A DNA stretch of 64,000 nucleotides, from NCBI GenBank assembly GCA_963771355.1, contig CAVYTA010000006.1:2336001-2400000 (forward strand). The letters are read 5' to 3'. Under the pieces are notes generated by a model. That model worked only from the letters and a program-made list of their open reading frames with translations, made no database searches and had not been told where the DNA came from. The DNA is from an uncultured Candidatus Rokubacteria bacterium. Its GTDB lineage: Bacteria; Methylomirabilota; Methylomirabilia; Rokubacteriales; CSP1-6. Shown here one piece after another: positions 51,307 through 61,310 of this stretch (position 1 is the stretch's first letter; each line of letters begins with the position of its first letter). The position numbers were made by a program, and so were the translations under genes.

Positions 51307-51447
51307 TCGAGCGAGATGACCCGCCGCGGGGCGGGGATTCCGCGCCTATAGTAGTCAGCGCGGGGAACCCGTCAAGTCTATTGCGCTCTCGGCGGGTGGC
51401 GGTATACCGTTTAATCCGCAGTCGCGGCAACCGGAGGAAAGCCAACC

Positions 51448-52578
51448 ATGACGGAAGGAAGCGCGCTCATCCGCGGCCTCGAGGGCGTCGTCGCCGCCGA
51501 GACCCGACTCTGCGACCTCGATGGGCGGAATGGCCGCCTCGCGTATGGCGGCTACGACATCGACGAGCTGGCGCGGCAGTCGAGCTTCGAGGAGGTCACC
51601 TACCTCCTCTGGCACGGCGAATTGCCCAAGCCGGCCGAGCTGGACCGATTCCGTCTCGAGCTGGCGGCGGCCCGGCCCATCCCGCCCGCGCTGACCGAGG
51701 CCTTCCGCCTCATGCCGCGCGACACCGATCCCATGCGCGTGCTCCAGGCCGCGGTGGCCATCCTCGGCATGCACGATCTCGACGCCACCGACAACTCTCG
51801 CGCGGCCAATCTGGGGAAGGCGGCGCGCCTCACCAGCCAGATCGCCACCGCGATCTGCGCGCACCACCGGGTGCGGAGCGGCGAGTCGCCGGTGCCCCCC
51901 TCTCCCGATCTCCCTCTCGCCGCGAATTTCCTCTACATGCTCTCGGGCCAGCGCCCGTCGGACGTGGCCGCGCGCGCGCTCGACGCGAGCCTCATTCTCT
52001 ACGCCGAGCACGAGCTGAACGCGTCCACCTTCACCACCCGCGTGATCGCGGCCACCCTGTCCGACATGCACTCGGCGGTGGCGGGCGGCGTGGGGGCGCT
52101 CAAGGGCACGCTTCACGGCGGCGCCGGCGAGGCGGTGATGCGGACGCTCATCGAGATCGGGCGCGTGGACAACGTCGATCCCTGGGCGGACACGGCCCTG
52201 GCGGAGAAGCGGCGGCTCATGGGCTTCGGCCATCGCGTCTACACCGCGGGCGATCCGCGCGCGGCCATCCTGCGCGGGCTGGCGGAGGCGGCCTGCCGCC
52301 AGTCCGGTCAGGGCATGTGGTACGACATGGCGGTGCGGCTGCACGCCCGGATCAATGCGGCGAAGAAGCTCATCCCCAACGTGGATTTCTACTCCGCGCC
52401 CCTCTTCTACGCCATCGGCATACCGGTGGACCTCTTCACCCCCGTCATCACCGCCGCTCGTATCGCGGGGTGGACGGCCAATCTCCTCGAGCAGTACGAT
52501 GACAACCGCCTCATCCGGCCGCGGGCGGACTACAAGGGTCCGGCCCGCCGCGCCTATCAGCCGGTTGGCAAACGTTAG
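51448..52578 (+). CDS. Citrate/2-methylcitrate synthase family protein
   Basis: GLEGVVAAET, AEHELNASTF, LHGGA, MGFGHRVY, PNVDFY, RLIRPR. Confidence 0.92.
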   Translation: MTEGSALIRGLEGVVAAETRLCDLDGRNGRLAYGGYDIDELARQSSFEEVTYLLWHGELPKPAELDRFRLELAAARPIPPALTEAFRLMPRDTDPMRVLQAAVAILGMHDLDATDNSRAANLGKAARLTSQIATAICAHHRVRSGESPVPPSPDLPLAANFLYMLSGQRPSDVAARALDASLILYAEHELNASTFTTRVIAATLSDMHSAVAGGVGALKGTLHGGAGEAVMRTLIEIGRVDNVDPWADTALAEKRRLMGFGHRVYTAGDPRAAILRGLAEAACRQSGQGMWYDMAVRLHARINAAKKLIPNVDFYSAPLFYAIGIPVDLFTPVITAARIAGWTANLLEQYDDNRLIRPRADYKGPARRAYQPVGKR

Positions 52579-52598
52579 CTCTCCGTGTGTCCGCGGAT

Positions 52599-52704
52599 GG
52601 GGGGAGAGCGGGGGCCCGACGGTCGTCCGCCGACGGGGGGAGAGCGGGGGCCCGACGGTCGTCCGCCGACGGGGGGAGAGCGGGGGCCATTCGAGGCCCC
52701 CGCT
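52599..52704. repeat. 36-bp tandem repeat (2 full copies + 1 partial) ending in a REP-like hairpin
   Basis: ggggggagagcgggggcccgacggtcgtccgccgac at 52599 and 52635, partial at 52671, then agcgggggcc-attcga-ggcccccgct. Confidence 0.9.
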
Positions 52705-52722
52705 GATGGTAAACAAGCGCGT

Positions 52723-54659
52723 ATGAACCTGACGCAAAAGCTCGTGACCGCCCACCTGGTCTCCGGCAAACCGTGCCCGGCGAGGAGATCGGCCTCCGCG
52801 TGGACCAGTGCCTGCTCACCGATACCAATGGCAGCATGGCCTGGCTGCAGTTCGAGGCGATGGAATACCCGCGGGTGATCCCGAAGGTGGTGGTCACCTA
52901 CATCGACCACAACGTCTACCAGACCGACTCGCGGAACACGGACGATCACCGCTACCTGCAGACGGCGGCGCGGCGCTACGGCTCCTGGTTCTCCAAGCCT
53001 GGCAACGGCATCTGCCATCAGGTACATTTCGAGACCTTCAGTGTGCCGGGGCAGTTCGTGCTGGGCACCGACAGCCACACTCCGCTGTGCGGCTCCACCG
53101 GCATGCTGGCCATCGGCGCGGGCGGGCTCGACGTGGCGGTGGCCATGGGCGGCGGCGCCTATCACCTGCCCATGCCCAAAGTGGTGCGGGTCTGGCTCAC
53201 GGGTGAGCTCCCGCCCTGGGTGCACGCGAAGGACGTGATTCTCGAGCTGCTGCGCCGCTACTCGGTGCGCGGTGGCAGCGGGAAGATCTTCGAGTACGGC
53301 GGCCCCGGCGCGGCCACGCTGTCCCTGCCCCAGCGCGCCACCATCTGCAACATGGGCGCGGAGCTGACGCTGACCACGAGCGTGTTTCCCTCGGACGAGG
53401 CCACCCGCGGGTACTTCGCCCTCCTCGGCCGCGAGGCGGAGTGGCGGCCCCTGGCTGCCGATCCCGACGCGGAGTACGACGAGCAGATCGAGCTCGATCT
53501 CTCCGCGCTGGTGCCCCTGGTGGCGCTGCCCGCGTCTCCGGACAAGGTGGTCCCGGTGAGCGAGGTGGAAGGCACCGCGCTCGAGCAGGTCATGGTCGGC
53601 TCCTGCACCAACTCCTCCTGGGAGGACATGTGGGCGGTGGCGCGGACCATTCGCGGCGAGCGTGTGTCGGGGGCGGTGTCCTTCGTGGTCTTCCCCGGCA
53701 GTAGCCGCATCCTCGAGATCATGTCGCGCGAGGGGCTCCTCACCGATCTCCTTGCCGCCGGCGCCACCGTGTCCGAGCCCACCTGCGGCTCCTGTGCGGG
53801 CATCGGGCACGTGCCCGCAGCCGGGGGCAAGAGCCTGCGCGCCTTCAACCGGAATTTCCCCGGTCGAAGCGGCGTGAAGGACGATCAGATCTATCTCTGC
53901 TCGCCGCTCACCGCCGCCGCCTCCGCGCTCACCGGCGTCATCACCGATCCGCGCCAGCGCGGCGCGCCGCCGGCGCGCTACTACCCGGCCTCCCTCACCG
54001 CCTCGGACGCGGGTCTACTCCCGCCCGCGGCGGCCACGGAAGCGGCAGCGACGACCGTGCTCAAGGGGCCCAATATCAAGCCGGTGCCCCGCGGCCGTCC
54101 GGTGGAGGCGACGCTCCGGGCGCCGGTCCTCCTCAAGCTGGGGGACAAGGTCTCCACGGACGACATCTCGCCCTCCGGCACGGCGGCGCTGATCTTCCGC
54201 TCGAACGTGCCCGCCATCTCCGAGTTCACCTTCAAGAACGTGGACGCGGACTTCGTGGCCCGCGCCCGCGCCGCCGGCACGGGCGTGCTCGTGGGCGGCG
54301 AGATCTACGGCCAGGGCTCCTCGCGCGAGGCGGCGGTGCTCTCTCCGCTGCACCTCGGCGTGCGCGCGGTGCTGGCCAAGAGCTTCGCCCGCATCCATCG
54401 CGCCAACCTCATCAACTGGGGGCTGGTGCCGCTCGAGTTCGAGGATCCGGCCGACTACGCGGCCATCGAGCGGGACGATATTCTGCGCTTCGACGATCTC
54501 CGCGCCGCGCTCGAGGCCGGACGCCGGATCGCGGTGACCAACGAGCGCACCGGGCGGACGTTCCCGGCACGCTGCCTGCTGACGCCCCGCGAGCGCGATA
54601 TCCTCCTGGCCGGCGGCCTGCTCGCGCAAACCGCGGACCAGGTGAAAGAGACCGCATGA
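52723..54659 (+). CDS. Short (about 645 aa) aconitase-family hydratase; frameshift near 52778
   Basis: MNLTQKL, IDHN, PGNGICHQ, GTDSHT, GSCTN, CGSC, FNRNFPGR, GQGSSRE, KSFARIH. Confidence 0.9.
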
Positions 54660-55756
54660 CCCAGCGGCGCGTCCCCGCCGTCTACATGCGCGGCGGCACC
54701 AGCCGCTGCCTCGTCTTCCACGAGCGGGACCTCCCTCCGGCGGGCCGCGAGCGGGACGCGATCCTTCTCGGCGCGCTCGGCAGCCCCGATCCCTATGCGC
54801 GGCAGCTCGACGGGCTCGGCGGCGGGATCTCGTCCCTGTCCAAGGCGGTGATCATCGGCCCCACCACCCTGCCCGGGGCCGACGTGGACTACACCTTCGC
54901 CCAGGTGCACGTGACCCGCTCGGAGGTGGACTACACGGGCAATTGCGGCAACTGCTCCTCGGCCGTCGGCCCCTTCGCCATCGAGGAAGGCCTGGTCCCC
55001 GCCCGCGAGGGCGAGACCGTGGTCCGCATCCACAACACCAATACCAAGAAGCTCATCGTGTCCCGCGTCCCCGTCGCCGGCGGCGCGCCCGCGGTGCGCG
55101 GCGACTTCGAGCTGCCCGGGGTCGCGGGGCGCGGCGCACGCATCGCCCTGGACTTCGTGGAGCCCGGCGGCGCCGGCACCGGTCGGCTCCTGCCCACCGG
55201 GCACCCCCGCGATACCGTGGAGGGCGTGACGGCGTCCCTGGTCGACGCCTCCATCCCCATGATCTTCGTCCGCGCCGCGGATCTCGGCATGACCGGCACC
55301 GAGACGCCGTCGGACGTGGACGCCGACGCCGCGCTCTGCGCGCGACTGGAGGCCCTCCGCGTGGCGGCGGCCCGCCTCATGGGCATCCCCGGCAGCGCGG
55401 CCACGCCCAAGGTTGCGGTGGTGACGGCACCGACGGCCTTCACCGCGCTGGACGGTGTCCGTCACGAGGCTTCGGCCGCCGACGTGGTGGGCCGCGCCAT
55501 GTCCATGGGCAATTGCCATCGCGCCTTCCCCCTCACCGCGGCCATGTGCCTCGCGGTGGCCGCGCGCGTCGAGGGCAGCGTGGTCCACGAGTGCTCCACG
55601 GCGGGGGCCGGCAAGGACGTGCGCCTCGGCCACCCCTCCGGCGTGCTACCGCTGGACGCCGCGGTGACGCGGCCGGGCGGCGACTATCACGCCGAGCGGG
55701 TCACGGTCTACCGCACCGCCCGCCGCCTCATGGAGGGCTGGATCCGTATCCCGTGA
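54656..55756 (+). CDS. prpF: PrpF-family isomerase
   Basis: MRGGTSR, QLDGLGGGISSLSK, GNCGN, GHPSG, RTARRLMEG; ATGA overlap with the aconitase. Confidence 0.88.
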   Translation: MTQRRVPAVYMRGGTSRCLVFHERDLPPAGRERDAILLGALGSPDPYARQLDGLGGGISSLSKAVIIGPTTLPGADVDYTFAQVHVTRSEVDYTGNCGNCSSAVGPFAIEEGLVPAREGETVVRIHNTNTKKLIVSRVPVAGGAPAVRGDFELPGVAGRGARIALDFVEPGGAGTGRLLPTGHPRDTVEGVTASLVDASIPMIFVRAADLGMTGTETPSDVDADAALCARLEALRVAAARLMGIPGSAATPKVAVVTAPTAFTALDGVRHEASAADVVGRAMSMGNCHRAFPLTAAMCLAVAARVEGSVVHECSTAGAGKDVRLGHPSGVLPLDAAVTRPGGDYHAERVTVYRTARRLMEGWIRIP

Positions 55757-55806
55757 CGGCGCGGACCTTCGGGGTTACTGTCGGGTGGACGAGGTGACCC
55801 GGTGAT
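55756..55806 (+). pseudogene. Remnant 3' end of a previous ABC_sub_bind paralog
   Basis: Reads TARTFGVTV then RVDEVTR*, matching the downstream gene's end [22 protein letters not shown]. Confidence 0.65.
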
Positions 55807-56791
55807 GGACCGGCGGATATTCATCGGCAGCCTCGCTCTCGGCTCATTCGCGGTGCCGCGCGTCACCCCGGCCCAGTCTACGCGCAAGGTCTCTATCGGG
55901 ATCATCGGCCTTATGGCGACCTCCAACCTGGTGGGCCCTCAGCCGCGGAGCCCATCTACCAGCGCGTTCGTGAGCGGATTGCGCGAGCTCGGCTACGTGT
56001 ATGGAGAGCATTTCGTGACCGAGCCGCGCGGGACGGACGGCAGGCCCGACCGCTTCCCCGGCCTGGCCGCCGAGCTGGTCCGTCTCCAGGTGGACGTGAT
56101 CGTCGCCCCTGGGCCAGCGCTACCCGCCCTCAAGCAGGCAACCTCGGCCATCCCCATCGTCATGGCGGGCGCCGCGGACCCCGTGGGCTCGGGCTATGTC
56201 CAGAGCCTTCGGCACCCAGGGGGGAACGTCACGGGACTGAGCCTTCAATCGGTCGAGACGACCGGGAAGCGGCTCGAGGTGCTCAGGGAGCTCGTCACGT
56301 CTTCGGCACCAGTGGCGGTTGTCTGGGACCGGACCACTCGCAACTATTGGCAGGCGGCCGAAGCCGCCGCCCGGGAGCGGGGATGGAAACTCGTGTCGCT
56401 CGAGATTCGAGATGTTGGCGAGATCGAGGGGGTCTTCAAGGCGGCGACGGGCGCCCGGGCCGGCGCTCTCCTCTTATCCGCAGCCGCGCTCCTCTTCCCT
56501 CACGCCCGGCGCGTCGCGGAGCTGGCCGCCAGGAGCCGGCTCCCGACCATGTACGAGCTCCGACCCTATGTCGAGGCCGGCGGGCTGATCTCCTATGGCG
56601 CGGACGTCGTCGACATCTGGCGGCGCGCGGGGGTCTTCGTCGACAAGATCCTGAAGGGCGCTAAGCCCGCCGACCTGCCGGTCGAACAGCCCTCGAAGTT
56701 CGAGACGGTCATCAACCTCAAGGCCGCGAAAGCCCTCGGTCTCACGGTCCCGCAGTCGCTGCGTCTGCGGGCGGACGAGGTGATCCAGTGA
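55805..56791 (+). CDS. ABC transporter substrate-binding protein (ABC_sub_bind family), orphan
   Basis: MDRRIF, LAAELVRLQVDVIV, PGGNVTGLS, VDKILKGAKPADLPVEQP, RADEVIQ*. Confidence 0.92.
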   Translation: MDRRIFIGSLALGSFAVPRVTPAQSTRKVSIGIIGLMATSNLVGPQPRSPSTSAFVSGLRELGYVYGEHFVTEPRGTDGRPDRFPGLAAELVRLQVDVIVAPGPALPALKQATSAIPIVMAGAADPVGSGYVQSLRHPGGNVTGLSLQSVETTGKRLEVLRELVTSSAPVAVVWDRTTRNYWQAAEAAARERGWKLVSLEIRDVGEIEGVFKAATGARAGALLLSAAALLFPHARRVAELAARSRLPTMYELRPYVEAGGLISYGADVVDIWRRAGVFVDKILKGAKPADLPVEQPSKFETVINLKAAKALGLTVPQSLRLRADEVIQ

Positions 56792-57942
56792 TCTCGATGT
56801 TCACGCCCGAGCACGACCTGTTGCGCAAGAGCGTGCGCGCCTTCGTGGAGAAAGAGGTCACGCCGCACGTCACCGAGTGGGAGGAGGCGGGGCGGATCCC
56901 GCGGGAGTTCTGGCGGCGACTGGGCGAGCTAGGGTTCCTCGGCCTGGAGTTCCCGCCGGAGTACGGTGGCGCGGGCGGCGATTTCGTGTCGAGCGTGGTG
57001 CTGGGCGAGGAGATGGCGCGCTGCCGATCGGGCGGGGTGGCCTTCAGCGTGCTGGTGCACACCGACATGTCCTCGCCCTGGCTCACCCGCTACGGGACGG
57101 ACGCGCAGAAGGAGAAGTACCTGCCCGGCATCATCAAGGGCGACACCGTGTGCGCGCTCGGGATCACGGAGCCGGGGACGGGATCGGACATGGCGGCGCT
57201 GTCCACCCGCGCGGTCAAGGACGGCGACCACTACCGGCTCACCGGCAGCAAGACCTTCATCACCAACGGGGTCTACGGCGACCTCTACTTCGTCGCCGCG
57301 CGGACAGCGCCGGGGACCCCCGGACGGCGTCACGACGGCCTCTCCATGTTCCTCGTCGAGCGCGGGCAGCCCGGCTTCACCGTGAGCCGCAAGCTCGACA
57401 AGATGGGCATGCGCGCCTCCGACACCGCCGAGCTCGCCTTCCACGACTGCGCGGTGCCGGCGGAAAACCTGCTGGGCATCGAGGGGCGCGGCTTCCAGCA
57501 GCTCGCCACCGGCCTCCAGCGCGAGCGCATCATGGCCGCGGTGCTGGCGCTGTCCGGCGCCGCGCAGGCGCTGGAGGACACGCTGGCGTACCTTCGCGAG
57601 CGGCAGGCCTTCGGCGAGCCCCTCAGCCAGAAGCAGGCGCTGCGGCACAAGGTCGCCGACATGGCGACCGAGATCGAGGCGGCCCGCCAGCTCGTCTATC
57701 ACGCGGTGGCGTGCTCTATCGCCGGGGCGGAGGACTCAGCGACCAAGGTCTCGATGGCCAAGCTCTATGCCACGGAGGTCGCCAACCGAGTGGCGTATGG
57801 AGCCGTCCAGCTGCACGGCGGCTATGGCTATATGCGAGAGTTCCCGGTGGAGGGCTTCTTCCGTGACGTGCGGCTCTGGACCATCGCCTCGGGGACGTCG
57901 GAGATCATGAAAGAGATCATCGCCAAGAAGCTCCTGCCGTGA
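56788..57942 (+). CDS. Acyl-CoA dehydrogenase
   Basis: [45 protein letters not shown]. Confidence 0.95.
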   Translation: MISMFTPEHDLLRKSVRAFVEKEVTPHVTEWEEAGRIPREFWRRLGELGFLGLEFPPEYGGAGGDFVSSVVLGEEMARCRSGGVAFSVLVHTDMSSPWLTRYGTDAQKEKYLPGIIKGDTVCALGITEPGTGSDMAALSTRAVKDGDHYRLTGSKTFITNGVYGDLYFVAARTAPGTPGRRHDGLSMFLVERGQPGFTVSRKLDKMGMRASDTAELAFHDCAVPAENLLGIEGRGFQQLATGLQRERIMAAVLALSGAAQALEDTLAYLRERQAFGEPLSQKQALRHKVADMATEIEAARQLVYHAVACSIAGAEDSATKVSMAKLYATEVANRVAYGAVQLHGGYGYMREFPVEGFFRDVRLWTIASGTSEIMKEIIAKKLLP

Positions 57943-57954
57943 GGAGAGCCTGAC

Positions 57955-58989
57955 ATGAGCGCCGCGCTTCCGCCACTGTACACGCACGTGATGGGCAGCC
58001 ACGGGTTCCCCGGCTGGTTCTGGACGGCCCTCGACAAGATCAAGGCGGGCGAATACGGGCAAACCGACGTCCGGGAAAGCTTCGACGACGCGACCCAGCT
58101 GGCCATCCGCGACCAGGAGCGCGCCGGGATCGACGTCCTCTGCGACGGCGAGATGCGCCGCTTCTTCTTCGTCCAGACCTTCTACGGAAAGATGGAAGGG
58201 CTGGAGATGCTGGAGCCGCTCCGGAAGACCGGCCTCTATGCCTACGACAGCGTGCCGCGCTACCGTCCCACCGGGAAGATCCGGGTGCCCAAAGGCCTCG
58301 GGACCGCCGACGAGTTCACCTACCTCAAGACCCAGACCGACAAGCCGGTCAAGGCCACCTGTCCGGGGCCGGTCACGCTCTCCATCCACGTCCAGACGCG
58401 CCCGGGCGATGCCTACAACAACGACCGCCTGGCGCTCTGCTGGGACCTGGTGCCCGCGGTCAACGCCGAGCTCAAGGCACTGGTCGCGGCCGGCGCGGAC
58501 TGGATCCAGATCGACGAGCCCTCGGCCGCCATCGTCCCCGGGCAGGCTCCCGAGTACGTGAAGATGTTCAACGCCTGCGTGGAGGGCGTCAAGGCGAAGA
58601 TCGGCTACCACGTGTGCTTCGGGAATCTCCTCTCCCGCCCGCGCGGCAAGCGCAGCTACCGCTGGATGTTCCCGGCGCTGCTGGACACCAAGTGTGACCA
58701 GTTCGTCTTCGAGTACGCCAACCGCGAGATGGCGGAGATCGAGATGTGGAAGGAGATCGGGGTGGACCGCGAGGTGGCCTGCGGGGTGGTTGACGTCAAG
58801 TCCTTCTACATGGAGACTCCCGAGGACGTGGCGGAGCGGATCCGGCTCTGTCTCAAGCACATCCCGGCCGAGCGGCTGTCGCTGGTGCCCGACTGCGGCT
58901 TCTTCCCGGTGCCGCGCTGGGTCGCGTTCGAGAAGCTCAAGCGGCTGACGGCGGGCGCGCGGCTGGCGCGCGCCGAGCTACGAGGCTAA
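57955..58989 (+). CDS. Cobalamin-independent methionine synthase II family (MetE C-terminal-only) Zn enzyme
   Basis: DGEMRR, IQIDEP, HVCFGN, GVVDVK, PDCGF. Confidence 0.88.
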   Translation: MSAALPPLYTHVMGSHGFPGWFWTALDKIKAGEYGQTDVRESFDDATQLAIRDQERAGIDVLCDGEMRRFFFVQTFYGKMEGLEMLEPLRKTGLYAYDSVPRYRPTGKIRVPKGLGTADEFTYLKTQTDKPVKATCPGPVTLSIHVQTRPGDAYNNDRLALCWDLVPAVNAELKALVAAGADWIQIDEPSAAIVPGQAPEYVKMFNACVEGVKAKIGYHVCFGNLLSRPRGKRSYRWMFPALLDTKCDQFVFEYANREMAEIEMWKEIGVDREVACGVVDVKSFYMETPEDVAERIRLCLKHIPAERLSLVPDCGFFPVPRWVAFEKLKRLTAGARLARAELRG

Positions 58990-59013
58990 CGCTCAATGAC
59001 GAGGGAGGACAGG

Positions 59014-60294
59014 ATGGCGACGAGCAGACGCGATTTTCTCAAGGTGGCCGGGGTGGCGGCGGCGGCGGGGGCGACTGGCTTCCCGGCCACGGCGGGGGCC
59101 CAGGCGCGGCCGGGAGTGCCGGCGGATCCCGTCAAGATCGGCGTCATCGCCATCCGCGCGGGCATCGCGGCGCCCGTGGGCGCGGCGGGGCTCCGCGGGA
59201 CCGAGTGGTGGGCGGATCGTGTCAACAAGTCCGGCGGCATCCTGGGCCGTCAGGTGCAGCTGGTCGTCGAGGAAGAGTCCACGCCCAAGGACACCGTCGA
59301 GCGCTACCGCAAGCTCATCCTCCAGGACAAGGTCGAGGTCGTCATCGGCGGCATCTCGACGGGCGTGACGCTCGCCCTCGCCGCGGTCGCCGAGGAGATG
59401 GACACGCCGTGGCTGTCCTGGGACGGGACCACCCAGAAGGGCGTGGAAGAGACCATGCCCAATCCCAAGTGGGCCTTCAAGAGCGTGGACAACGAGGTCG
59501 AGGCCATCGTGGCCGGCATCCTCACGCCCAAGTACTTCAAGGGCATCAAGACGGTGGCGGGGATCGGCAACGACTACTCCTACGGCCATGACTGCTGGGA
59601 GACCTACCAGGCGGTGCTCAAGCGCTATATCCCCGACGTGAAGTTCGTGCTCGAGCTCTTCCCCAAGCTGGGCGTCACCGACTTCACCTCTCACATCGCG
59701 GCGATCCAGCAGTCGAAGGCGGATCTCCTCATGTGCTCGTTCTGGTCCGGCGACGCCACCATCATCATGAAGCAGGCCGCCGCGGTCGGGCTCTTCAAGA
59801 CCATGAAGGGCGTGTTCACCACCGCGGGCGGCGTCCACGACTCGCTCAAGAAGGAGTTCACCCCCGAGGGGCTCCTGCTCGGCTACAACACCATGTACTT
59901 CGACGACCCGAAGGGCAGCGCGCTGCTCAAGCAGTTCGTCCGCGAGTACAAGGCCAAGTACAACGAGTACCCGCCCTACGAGTGCGACCATGCCTACTTC
60001 AACGCCGAGAGCTACAAGGGCGCGGTGGAGAAGGCGTACGCGCAGACCAAGCAGTGGCCGACCAAGGCGCAAGTGGTCAAGGCGCTCGAGGGCATCGAGG
60101 TCGAATCGCTCTCGGGCATGCGCTCCTGGCGGCCGGACCATGTCCAGATGTGCAACTTCTACCAGGGCATCACCACCCACAAGAACAGCTACGACTTCGC
60201 CACCATCAATCCCATCGAGGTGGTCTCCACCAAGACCGCGATGAAGCCCGCCGGCGCCAAGCTCCTCGACTGGATCGGTTCCTGGAAGATCTGA
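59014..60294 (+). CDS. Branched-chain amino acid-type ABC substrate-binding protein, Tat signal
   Basis: SRRDFLK; VNKSGGILGRQV; DYSYG; TDFTSHI. Confidence 0.9.
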   Translation: MATSRRDFLKVAGVAAAAGATGFPATAGAQARPGVPADPVKIGVIAIRAGIAAPVGAAGLRGTEWWADRVNKSGGILGRQVQLVVEEESTPKDTVERYRKLILQDKVEVVIGGISTGVTLALAAVAEEMDTPWLSWDGTTQKGVEETMPNPKWAFKSVDNEVEAIVAGILTPKYFKGIKTVAGIGNDYSYGHDCWETYQAVLKRYIPDVKFVLELFPKLGVTDFTSHIAAIQQSKADLLMCSFWSGDATIIMKQAAAVGLFKTMKGVFTTAGGVHDSLKKEFTPEGLLLGYNTMYFDDPKGSALLKQFVREYKAKYNEYPPYECDHAYFNAESYKGAVEKAYAQTKQWPTKAQVVKALEGIEVESLSGMRSWRPDHVQMCNFYQGITTHKNSYDFATINPIEVVSTKTAMKPAGAKLLDWIGSWKI

Positions 60295-60310
60295 CGGCGC
60301 GGTGCGCGCA

Positions 60311-60387
60311 GGGCGGCAGGCGGGGGCGCCGCGCTCGCGGCGAATGCTGTACTGAGCAAGCGAGTGCGGCGCCCCCGCCTGCCGCCC
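60311..60387. repeat. Long intergenic inverted repeat (28-bp stem, 21-nt loop)
   Basis: 60311-60338 pairs with 60360-60387 with a single G-T wobble. Confidence 0.88.
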
Positions 60388-60421
60388 GGAACCTTCCTCA
60401 GCTCGCCAGATCCTCGAAGAC

Positions 60422-61310
60422 TTGACCGCGAATCTCGTCAACGTGCTGATGAGCGGCATCTTCCATGCCGCCATCCTCTTCCTGGTCGCGGCGGGGCTGC
60501 AGGTGGTGTTCGGCGTGCAGAAGATCTTCAACCTCGCGTGCGGCTCCTTCTATGCCCTGGGCGCCTACACCGGCGTCACCGCTGTCCAGTACTTCATCGG
60601 CCACGGCGGGCCGCCGGCGCTCTTCATCCTTCCCCTCGTGCTGGGCGGCCTCGCCGCCGGCCTGATCGGCATCGTCGTCGAGCGCGGCCTGCTCCGGTTC
60701 GTCTACGACCGCGACGAGACGTTCCAGCTCCTGCTGACCTTCGCGCTGGTCCTCATGCTCGAGGACCTGATCCGCATGACCTGGGGGACGGCGCCCGTCT
60801 CCACGGGAGGGCTCTACCTCAACTACGGCCAGGCGCGGATCGCCGGCGCGACCGTGCCCGTGTACAACCTGATCGTGATCGCGGCCAGCCTCGCGATGGC
60901 GCTCGGCATCGGCTGGCTGCTGACCCGAACCGCGTTCGGGCGCATCATCCGCGCCGCCGCCGACAACCGCGAGATGGCCAGGCGCTGGGCGTGGACATGC
61001 GCTCGGTGTACATCCGCGTCTTCACGCTGGGGACCATGCTGGGGACGCTCGGGGGCGCCCTCGTCATCCCGTCCACCGCCGCCATGAGCGAGATGGGCAT
61101 CGAGCTGATCGTCGAGGCCTTCGCGGTGGTGGTGATCGGGGGGCTCGGCAGCATGCGCGGGGCCTTCGTGGGGGCGCTCGGGGTGGGCGTGCTGCGCTCG
61201 GTCGCCATCTCGGTCTACCCCGAGCTCGAGATGCTCCTGATCTACCTCATCGTGATCGCCGTGCTCATCTGGCGCCCGCAGGGGCTCTTCGGGGCCGCCG
61301 CCGGCATGAG
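60422..61310 (+). CDS. LivH-like ABC permease; frameshift near 60980
   Basis: GLQVVFGVQKIFNLACG, TAFGRIIRA, AFAVVVIGGLGS, RPQGLFG; boundaries approximate. Confidence 0.85.

Noticed and set aside
52599..52704. 36-bp repeats as a CRISPR array
   Set aside because: The units are directly tandem with no unique spacers, and there is no cas operon.
52770..52785. Programmed frameshift in the aconitase gene
   Set aside because: No slippery heptamer; a missing G in a short G run explains it.
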